The notes beneath the pieces were generated by a model. That model was given only the letters and a program-made list of their open reading frames with translations. It was not told the origin of the DNA and made no database searches. The position numbers and the translations under genes were made by a program. Source: an uncultured Rhodohalobacter sp. (lineage in GTDB: Bacteria > Bacteroidota > Rhodothermia > Balneolales > Balneolaceae). Taken from it: DNA of 32,000 nt. This document shows positions 23,917 to 31,010 of this stretch, one piece after another. The stretch is from assembly GCA_964422985.1 (NCBI GenBank), contig CAYRDO010000010.1, positions 4,420 through 36,419 on the forward strand, read 5' to 3'. How positions within the stretch are numbered: position 1 is the first letter of the stretch; every line of letters begins with the position of its first letter.

Positions 23917-25064
23917 ATCTCGATTGATTTAAATTCGTAAAGTTCTTTTTTGTGGATCGATCCCTCCAGCTCTCGAAGATGTCGAACGTCGGACCCGGTT
24001 AGCACGGCTTGAATTTCCGACAAAATAGAGAGACCAATTTCAGCAGGAGTTTCCGCGCCAATTTGTAATCCCACAGGGGCATAGATTTTGGCTGATTGTT
24101 CCTCTGTTAACTGGATTCCATCCGCAGCAAGATCGCCCAACATTCGTTGATGCTTCTTATTCGGGCCCAAAATGCCGATATATGGAATCTGCTCTTCCTT
24201 CAACAACAGTTTAAGCACAGAGAGATCGTAGTTATAATTATGGGTCATCAGCACAAATGCCGTGGTCTCGTTGATCGGGATGTTATCTAAAATCTCCTCT
24301 GGATTAGTAACCACAACCTGGCACGAATTAAATCGTTTTTTATTTGCGTGAGTTGGCCGACCATCAGCCACAATAATCCTCCATCCCAATACCTCAGCCA
24401 TTCTTGACAGTACCTGAGAATCATTGCCTGCGCCAACTAAAACAAGTGTGGGTGGCGGAGTGACAATTTCAATAAAAGCTTGCTGGATGTTCGCCCCCGA
24501 ATGATATTCACCGAAATGATTTACGCGCCTTTCCAGTGCATTAATCCCAATCTCAACAATCTTTTTCGAAAGTGCGGCATCAGCAATCTTACCGGTAGGA
24601 TTTCCCTGATTATCAATCAACAGGGTTGTACCGCCCTGATCTTTGGTTTTATCCAAATTAAAGATCGAAACAAGTGCCACCGGCTCATCATTATTTTCAG
24701 CTTTTTTCAACAATTCGATTGGATTGTTCTCCTGGCCTGCATCAATCGGTTCGAACAAAACCTGAATGATTCCATTACAACCAAGTTGTGCACCGATCAC
24801 AGCATCGTCTTCGTCGCTGGTATCGTAAGTCACAAGCTTATTTTTGTTTTGATCCAGCGCAAGCAAAGCTTTTCGCAAGGCATCTCCTTCCAAACATCCG
24901 CCGCTGATTGCCCCGGTCATAAAACCAAATTCATCAACCAACATTCGAGCTCCGGCCGCTCGGTAGGACGATCCCTCCACATGAACAACCGTTGCTAAAA
25001 CAGATTTCTGTCCCTTGTTTTTGGCTTCCTCATACGCTGATATGATTGCTTCAATTTCTCTCAT
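23913..25064 (-). CDS. xdhC: XdhC/CoxI-family molybdoenzyme maturation chaperone
   Basis: 383 aa. N-terminal XdhC_CoxI motif (VLATVVHVEGSSYRAAGARMLV...GAISGGCLEGD). C-terminal Rossmann-like XdhC_C (LVLVGAGNDSQVLSRMAEVLGWRIIVAD). ATGA overlap with the upstream desulfurase stop. Confidence 0.9.
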   Translation of the reverse strand: MREIEAIISAYEEAKNKGQKSVLATVVHVEGSSYRAAGARMLVDEFGFMTGAISGGCLEGDALRKALLALDQNKNKLVTYDTSDEDDAVIGAQLGCNGIIQVLFEPIDAGQENNPIELLKKAENNDEPVALVSIFNLDKTKDQGGTTLLIDNQGNPTGKIADAALSKKIVEIGINALERRVNHFGEYHSGANIQQAFIEIVTPPPTLVLVGAGNDSQVLSRMAEVLGWRIIVADGRPTHANKKRFNSCQVVVTNPEEILDNIPINETTAFVLMTHNYNYDLSVLKLLLKEEQIPYIGILGPNKKHQRMLGDLAADGIQLTEEQSAKIYAPVGLQIGAETPAEIGLSILSEIQAVLTGSDVRHLRELEGSIHKKELYEFKSIEI

Positions 25065-26218
25065 TGGGCAAGCATCTTGAGTCGGGGAATGACTTCTTTA
25101 ATATCTCTGATGGCCACCTCAATCTCTTCCCGTACGGTGAAGCGGCCCAGTCCAATACGAATCGATGAAAGTGCAAGCTCGTCAGATAAACCAATCGCTT
25201 TTAGAACATGAGAAGGTTTATGTGTGGCCGATGTACAAGCTGAGCCTTGTGAAACGGCCAGATTCTTCAGGCGACGAAGAAGATAGCTGCTGTCAATATT
25301 TTGAAATGAAATATTTGTCATATAAGGTAAACGGTTCTTCAAGTCTCCATTCAATTTGACTCCATCCAGTTCAGCCAATTCGGATTCCAAATATTCTCGT
25401 AATTTACTCAAGCGGTTTGATTCCTCATCCATTTCATTCGCACAAAGTTCACAAGCTTTTCCAAATCCTACAATCGCGGGTACATTTAGCGTTCCCGGAC
25501 GAACACCTTTTTCCTGTCCCCCACCGGTGATGATCGGATCTATATCCGGCTTATTATCTTTATTGATGTACAATGCTCCCGCCCCTTTGGGGCCGTACAA
25601 TTTGTGAGATGAGAACGCGATGATATCTACGCCAAGATCTTTCACATCCACCGGAATTTTACCTACAGATTGAGTGGCATCAGAGATCAACGGAATATTC
25701 TTGGACTGAGTGATTTTCGAAATCTCTTTGAGTGAATGGATCGTCCCTATTTCGTTATTGGCATGCATCAAACATATGAAAATTGTTTCATCTGTAATTA
25801 CATCTTCTAAATTCTTCAGATTGATTGAACCGTTCTTATCCACGGACAGATATGTAACTTCAAATCCATCATCTTTCAGACTTTCACAAGTATCCAGAAC
25901 TGCTTTGTGCTCCGTTGCACAAGTAATGATATGATTTCCTTTCTGACGATTAGCCTTGCACAAACCCCTGATCGCCAGATTAATTGCTTCGGTAGCTCCG
26001 GATGTAAACGTTATTTCTGTAGCGCTGGCTCCGATCAGATCAGCAACCCGTTCTCGGGCAAGATCAACGGCTTCTTCCGCTTCCCATCCAAACGCATGAT
26101 TGATGCTGGATGCATTACCAAATTTCTCGGTGAAATAAGGCAGCATCTCCTCCAAAACCCTTGGGTCAACCGGAGTTGTAGAATTGTAATCTAAATAGAT
26201 TTTCTTATCAGGATTCAT
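25061..26218 (-). CDS. NifS/IscS-like cysteine desulfurase (class V aminotransferase)
   Basis: 385 aa. IYLDYNSTTPVDPRV, the PLP-lysine motif SSHKLYGPKGAGALY, and the active-site loop SQGSACTS. First gene of the Moco operon. Confidence 0.92.
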   Translation of the reverse strand: MNPDKKIYLDYNSTTPVDPRVLEEMLPYFTEKFGNASSINHAFGWEAEEAVDLARERVADLIGASATEITFTSGATEAINLAIRGLCKANRQKGNHIITCATEHKAVLDTCESLKDDGFEVTYLSVDKNGSINLKNLEDVITDETIFICLMHANNEIGTIHSLKEISKITQSKNIPLISDATQSVGKIPVDVKDLGVDIIAFSSHKLYGPKGAGALYINKDNKPDIDPIITGGGQEKGVRPGTLNVPAIVGFGKACELCANEMDEESNRLSKLREYLESELAELDGVKLNGDLKNRLPYMTNISFQNIDSSYLLRRLKNLAVSQGSACTSATHKPSHVLKAIGLSDELALSSIRIGLGRFTVREEIEVAIRDIKEVIPRLKMLAQ

Positions 26219-26289
26219 AAGTCGTTGTATTGAAACCGTGAGTATATCACAATTCTAGTCAATGAGTGTAAACTGCGTTTTAAGAAAGA

Positions 26290-26344
26290 GGCTACAAAAG
26301 CACCAAAAAATTTAGTGATTTAGTGTTTTTTGTGGCTACCTAAC
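26290..26344. repeat. Copy B of the ~55-bp imperfect palindromic element (72 nt upstream of the desulfurase start)
   Basis: Sequence: GGCTACAAAAGCACCAAAAAATTTAGTGATTTAGTGTTTTTTGTGGCTACCTAAC. It matches the reverse complement of 17961-18017 in both arms. It also shares TTTAGTGTTTTT(T)GTG with copy A in direct orientation. Confidence 0.7.
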
Positions 26345-26448
26345 TAACTATCCTTTTAAAGAATGAAAGATTCTTACTAAAACTAAGAAATAGGTTTTTT
26401 AAGGAATAATGAAGCGTCCGGCATCTTTTAAATTTATTTAACATCAAA

Positions 26449-26523
26449 AAGCAATAATAATTGCTTAATTAAAAACTATAAACACGTTTAAATAGGGAAT
26501 TATTTGGATTTTATAAGCAATTG
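26449..26523. promoter_or_regulatory. AAGCAAT palindrome plus a third half-site in the divergent promoter region upstream of the iorA-like gene
   Basis: AAGCAAT-aata-ATTGCTT occupies 26449-26466 (7-bp arms). AAGCAATTG recurs at 26515-26523. These lie 80-155 nt upstream of the ATG at 26605. This is a candidate operator; no regulator is identifiable in the window. Confidence 0.25.
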
Positions 26524-26604
26524 TTTGAATATCATAATGTTGATTTATGCTTGCCGAATAGTTTAATTAGTAATTGATATGTATTAACAAAAAACCTCTC
26601 GACC

Positions 26605-27063
26605 ATGCCTACATACACGATAAATATAAATGGAGAAGAACGACAAGTAGAAGTTGCACAGGATACACCATTACTTTGGGTGTTGAGAGACCATCTAAAT
26701 CTTCGGGGAACAAAATTTGGATGTGGAATTTCCCAATGCGGAGCCTGCACGGTTCACCTCAACGGAAATGCAGTTCGTTCATGTTCGCTGCCGGTATCAG
26801 CCATTGGCGATAATGAAATTACAACGATTGAAGGCTTGTCTGAGAATGGGGATCATCCTGTACAAAAGGCGTGGTTAGAACATGATGTTCCTCAATGCGG
26901 GTATTGTCAGGCTGGTCAGATTATGAGTGCCTCAGCACTGTTAAATCGAAACCCAAACCCTTCTGACGAAGAGATTGATTCCGCGATGAACGGCAATTTA
27001 TGCCGTTGTGGAACGTACCTGAGAATTAAAAAAGCCATTAAAACCGCAGCCGAAACCGCATAA
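26605..27063 (+). CDS. (2Fe-2S)-binding small subunit of an aldehyde oxidase/xanthine dehydrogenase-family enzyme (IorA-like)
   Basis: 152 aa. Plant-type ferredoxin cluster motif: [22 protein letters not shown]. Second cluster motif: [13 protein letters not shown]...NLCRCGTY. Confidence 0.95.
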   Translation: MPTYTININGEERQVEVAQDTPLLWVLRDHLNLRGTKFGCGISQCGACTVHLNGNAVRSCSLPVSAIGDNEITTIEGLSENGDHPVQKAWLEHDVPQCGYCQAGQIMSASALLNRNPNPSDEEIDSAMNGNLCRCGTYLRIKKAIKTAAETA

Positions 27064-27066
27064 ATT

Positions 27067-29271
27067 ATGACTGTAGTAAAAAACAATATCGACCGAAGAT
27101 CTTTTTTGAAAACCATAGCTGTGGGCGGCGGCGGACTCATGATTGGGTTCAGTTGGATGTCGTCTTTAGCTAAAGATGCGAATGGACAAGATATCTCCGA
27201 TGGCGCGCTTGACGTAAACGCTTACATCAAAATTGATCCCAATGGCCAGGTGACCATCTACTCCCCTAACCCTGAAATTGGCCAAAACGTAAAAACAGCA
27301 ATGCCTTTGATTGTGGCCGAAGAATTAGATGTAGATTGGGATCAGGTGAAAGTTGAACAAGCTCCACTCGACACCAATAAATATTCCCGTCAGTTAGCCG
27401 GCGGAAGCCAATCCATTCGATATGGTTGGGACAGCCTGAGAACAGCAGGAGCCACAGCTAAATTAATGTTGGTAACTGCCGCAGCTCAGCAATGGGGTGT
27501 ATCGGTTGAAGATCTTACTACAGATAAAGGAATCATTACAAATACGAACAATGGAGAAACGATTCGTTATGGCGATATCGCTTCCGCCGCAGTTGACATT
27601 CCAATTCCTTCGGATGTCACCCTGAAAAATCCGAGTGATTTTAAATTAATTGGACGTCGCATCAAGAATGTTGATGGCCCTGAAATTGTAACCGGAAAAC
27701 CGCTGTTTGGGATCGATTTTGAAAGAGAGGGAATGACACTTGCAATGATTGTTCATCCACCGGCTTTCGGGATGAGTTTAAAATCGTATGACGATTCCGA
27801 AGCAAGGAATATGCCGGGAGTGAAAGATATCTTTACGATTAACACTTCAATAGGTGAACCGCAATGGTCGGATGTCAATGCATTTAATGAATTAATTGTA
27901 GTTACGGGTGATTCAACCTGGGAGCTCATGAAAGCCAAGGAGGCTTTAAATGTAGAATGGGAAACGGTTAGTGAATTAGAAAACAGTGAAGACCAATTAA
28001 ATAAAATGATTGATGCCGTTAACAATGGATCCGGTGAAATTGCCCGACTGGATGGTGATCCTGATTCCGTTGCAAACAATGCGACAACAGTGATTGAGCG
28101 AACCTACACAGCTCCGTTTCTGGCTCATAACACACTGGAACCCATGAACTTCTTTGCTGATGTGAAGGGAGATTCAGCCGAATTAATCGGCCCCATTCAA
28201 ACGCCGGAACAACTTAGAGGTTCAGCCTCTCAACTCTTGGGGATTCCCGAATCGAATATTAAAGTTGATATGACAAGAATGGGTGGCGGATTTGGCAGAA
28301 GACTCTATGGAAATTTTGGACTGGAAGCGGCTGCCATTTCACAAAAAATAGGCGGACCTGTGAAACTTCTCTATACCCGAGAAGATGATATGACGCAGGG
28401 CACGTACCGTCCGGCCTATGCAATCAAGTACAAAGCTTCTTTGGATGAGGATGGAAACTTGCTTTCTTTCCAGGCGAAAGGATCGGGAATGTCCGAGAGT
28501 CCGTTGTTTGCGAACAGGTATCCTGCTGGGACAGTTGATCATTATTCATGCGAAAATATCCCGGTTCAAACCAATGTCTCTACCGGTGCCTGGCGAGCTC
28601 CGAGATCTAACTTTACCGCGGGAGCTGAGCAATCATTCCTGGATGAAGTTGCCGAAGCGGCCGGTAAAGATCCTATCGAATTCCGACTGGAACTTTTTAA
28701 CAGGGCTATGAATGATCCTGTTGGAGAAGAAAACGATTACGATCCCGCTCGATATGCAGGAGTTTTAGAACTCGTCAGAGAAAAATCGAATTGGGGTGAA
28801 GAGATGCCCGGAATGCATCGCGGGGTTGCAGCCTATTATTGCCATAACTCGTATGTGGCGCAGGTGTTAGATCTTGAAATGGTTGATGGCACTCCTAAAA
28901 TCAAAAAAGTATGGTGTGCCATAGATTGCGGTATTGTAGTGAACATGGAGGGAGCTCTCAACCAGGTTGAAGGCTGTGTTGTTGACGGTCTTGGCCATGC
29001 GATGTATAGTCAATTGACTATTGAGAACGGGTCTCCAAATGCGAATAATTTCAATAATTACCGGCTGATCAGAAGTTCAGAAGCACCCGTTGAAATTGAA
29101 GCATTTTTTGTTGAAAACCAGATTCATCCCACAGGACTGGGTGAACCGGGACTACCTCCCATTCACGGAGCGTTAGCTAATGCGCTCTATAAAGCCACCG
29201 GAAAGCGTTATTACCATCAGCCTTATATGATCAAAGAGCAGGAGACAGAGGCATTGGGCGCTTTGAATTAG
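27067..29271 (+). CDS. Molybdopterin-binding large subunit of an aldehyde oxidase/xanthine dehydrogenase-family enzyme (IorB-like), Tat-exported
   Basis: 734 aa. Twin-arginine signal NIDRRSFLKTIAVGGGGLMIGF. Contains GQNVKTAMPLIVAEELDV, MGGGFGRR and the C-terminal GLGEPGLPPIHGALANA. Starts 3 nt after the small subunit. Confidence 0.93.
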   Translation: MTVVKNNIDRRSFLKTIAVGGGGLMIGFSWMSSLAKDANGQDISDGALDVNAYIKIDPNGQVTIYSPNPEIGQNVKTAMPLIVAEELDVDWDQVKVEQAPLDTNKYSRQLAGGSQSIRYGWDSLRTAGATAKLMLVTAAAQQWGVSVEDLTTDKGIITNTNNGETIRYGDIASAAVDIPIPSDVTLKNPSDFKLIGRRIKNVDGPEIVTGKPLFGIDFEREGMTLAMIVHPPAFGMSLKSYDDSEARNMPGVKDIFTINTSIGEPQWSDVNAFNELIVVTGDSTWELMKAKEALNVEWETVSELENSEDQLNKMIDAVNNGSGEIARLDGDPDSVANNATTVIERTYTAPFLAHNTLEPMNFFADVKGDSAELIGPIQTPEQLRGSASQLLGIPESNIKVDMTRMGGGFGRRLYGNFGLEAAAISQKIGGPVKLLYTREDDMTQGTYRPAYAIKYKASLDEDGNLLSFQAKGSGMSESPLFANRYPAGTVDHYSCENIPVQTNVSTGAWRAPRSNFTAGAEQSFLDEVAEAAGKDPIEFRLELFNRAMNDPVGEENDYDPARYAGVLELVREKSNWGEEMPGMHRGVAAYYCHNSYVAQVLDLEMVDGTPKIKKVWCAIDCGIVVNMEGALNQVEGCVVDGLGHAMYSQLTIENGSPNANNFNNYRLIRSSEAPVEIEAFFVENQIHPTGLGEPGLPPIHGALANALYKATGKRYYHQPYMIKEQETEALGALN

Positions 29272-29376
29272 ATTCTTTCAGTTGCCGAAAATCAATTCCT
29301 AATTTCCGGTTATTTTCGTGTCCATCTATTGCTTCATCAATTTATTTTTTATCTGATTTTTTAGATGCTAATAAAT

Positions 29377-30825
29377 TCATGGCTCTATCGTAACCACCAC
29401 CCTTTGGTATCTTGACAAAGCCGGTGACCCCTTATCTGTTACTTTCAGAATGAAATGAACAGTTTCAGGTTCATCCACTTCAGGGGCTTCAATGGTATGC
29501 ATGTGATATAAATTCGGAGCAAAAAAGCCGAAAGAAACTTCTCCGTTATACGTCCCCGCTTCGGGGTATTGAAACCACAAATAGCTAATGGAATCTCCAT
29601 CCGGATCGTAACTTCCATCTGCATTCAGATCAAAAATCTCCCCTGATTTCACTGTTATTGAATTATCATGAGCCAGTTTGGCAACCGGTGGATGATTGGC
29701 TTCTTCATAATCCATAATCGTCCAGTCCATACGAGCAGCGAAATCGTGCTGAAAATCTTCACGCCATCGCCACAGGGAAACCTGGTTCCCGGTGTAAACC
29801 GATGTATCCCTTTCAACCGGTCTGCCATATTCTGAATATCGATAGGGTTGATAAGAATCCTCAGCATCGGTCCAAATATCCCGGCTTTCTTTGGGGGTAT
29901 CTTCGGGAATACCGGGAGCTGTTGACGGATCTACATCCGGTGTATAAAGTTCATACCGGCCGCCCCAACCACCTACATTCGGGTGTTCTGCATCATTCAA
30001 TCCATTTGGAATTAAGGATAAATAAGCGGGCGTGTCTCCTTCCATCCCATAGGCAACATCGGGATATTCAAGCCCCAAAGGCCCGTGACCTTGCTGAATG
30101 TTTTTTGCAATCCAGTCATTACTGATCACCTCATTATTAGCACCTTCAAACGGTTGATTAATGGCGATCCATGTACCCGTGAAATAACTACCGGGACTAA
30201 CTATGTAGAACAGATCCGGAAACTCCCGCCGCATCCACGGAGCTGATGTATCCTGGTCGGAGATGGTATACACTCTGATTTTTTCGATGAGTTTATTCGC
30301 TTCATCTTCAGAACGGGTTTCCCTGATTTTCCACAGAGCCTGGGCCAGCGTATTCGGCCCTCCCCAAACAGAAATCCATAACGGTCGCGGATCATCTTTT
30401 TCCAATGCTTCGATGATCCATTCCGAGCCTTCAGAATCATGACCTTCACCTACGCCTTCCATCCCGTACAATGGGAGGCCTTCTTTTACCAAACTATGAA
30501 GTTCATCTGCAGACGGATATCCTTCTTTATGCTTCATCAAATTTGGCTGAACCTCTCCGTAAGAATCGATAATTCTATGAAGGGTTTCAGGAACTACACG
30601 ATCTCTTTGATGAGTTGAGGTGGTGGCAACGATACCTTCAATATCAATTTCATTCGAATACAGAAGCAAACGAACCAGTGATTGAGCATCATCGGGATCG
30701 GCTTCGATATCTGTGAGGATGATTAGACGATGACGTTCGTCCTCTAAAGATTGGGAGTTTGTCCATTTTGAATTGACTGAAAACATCAAAATTAAAAGGG
30801 CGAAAGACAGTAATGTTTTTTTCAT
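29377..30825 (-). CDS. Secreted DUF1593 / nucleoside-hydrolase-like domain protein with C-terminal Ig/PKD-like domain
   Basis: Signal peptide MKKTLLSFALLILMFSVNS. RLIILTDIEADPDDAQSLVRLLLYSNEIDIEGIVATTS is the DUF1593 N-terminal motif. The C-terminus has DPDGDSISYLWFQY...HFILKVTDKGSPALSRYQRVVVTI. The track start at 30828 is a TTG; the ATG at 30825 is preferred. Confidence 0.8.
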   Translation of the reverse strand: MKKTLLSFALLILMFSVNSKWTNSQSLEDERHRLIILTDIEADPDDAQSLVRLLLYSNEIDIEGIVATTSTHQRDRVVPETLHRIIDSYGEVQPNLMKHKEGYPSADELHSLVKEGLPLYGMEGVGEGHDSEGSEWIIEALEKDDPRPLWISVWGGPNTLAQALWKIRETRSEDEANKLIEKIRVYTISDQDTSAPWMRREFPDLFYIVSPGSYFTGTWIAINQPFEGANNEVISNDWIAKNIQQGHGPLGLEYPDVAYGMEGDTPAYLSLIPNGLNDAEHPNVGGWGGRYELYTPDVDPSTAPGIPEDTPKESRDIWTDAEDSYQPYRYSEYGRPVERDTSVYTGNQVSLWRWREDFQHDFAARMDWTIMDYEEANHPPVAKLAHDNSITVKSGEIFDLNADGSYDPDGDSISYLWFQYPEAGTYNGEVSFGFFAPNLYHMHTIEAPEVDEPETVHFILKVTDKGSPALSRYQRVVVTIEP

Positions 30826-30877
30826 CAAAGTATCAGTATAAATTCGAATTAAGATTTGAAAGCAATTAACGATAATT

Positions 30878-31008
30878 CTCCCCTTGAGGGGAGTCCCGGA
30901 TTTATCCGGGGTGGGGTGTCATCTCCCGAGTTCACACGACATTCGTTGTGCTCACATTCCCCTTCGAAAGGCATTAACACACCCCTAAATTCCCTCTCAA
31001 GAGGGGAC
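30878..31008. repeat. Multi-hairpin REP/MITE-like intergenic element
   Basis: Hairpins: CTCCCC-ttga-GGGGAG (30878-30893); CCCGGA-ttta-TCCGGG (30895-30910); CACGAC-attc-GTTGTG (30935-30950, one G-U pair); CCCTCT-ca-AGAGGG (30992-31005). A long-range pair joins GGGGTGT (30913-30919) and ACACCCC (30979-30985). The ends resemble inverted copies of TCCCCTTGAGGGGA. The spurious + ORF across it reads SPLEGSPGFIRGGV...TPLNSLSRGDF. That kind of peptide is typical of translated intergenic repeats. Confidence 0.65.
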
Positions 31009-31010
31009 TT

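Noticed and set aside
24480-24998. 172-aa plus-strand ORF antisense to xdhC, plus similar antisense ORFs across the Moco, oxidoreductase and DUF1593 genes (for example 19792-20106, 20785-21060, 25907-26194, 27753-28079, 29802-30125)
   Set aside because: All are fully nested opposite or out of frame within genes that have strong family signatures. None has motifs or plausible start context, so they are typical frame-shadow ORFs.
26532-26813. ORFs 26532-26750 (minus) and 26574-26813 (plus) around the iorA-like start
   Set aside because: Both overlap the strongly supported 2Fe-2S subunit gene out of frame or antisense, and neither has a recognisable domain.
29272-29376. Terminator between the convergent iorB-like and DUF1593 genes (CGAAAAT…ATTTTCG)
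   Set aside because: The 7-bp AT-rich stem has a ~20-nt loop and no clear U-tract, so it is not supportable by eye.
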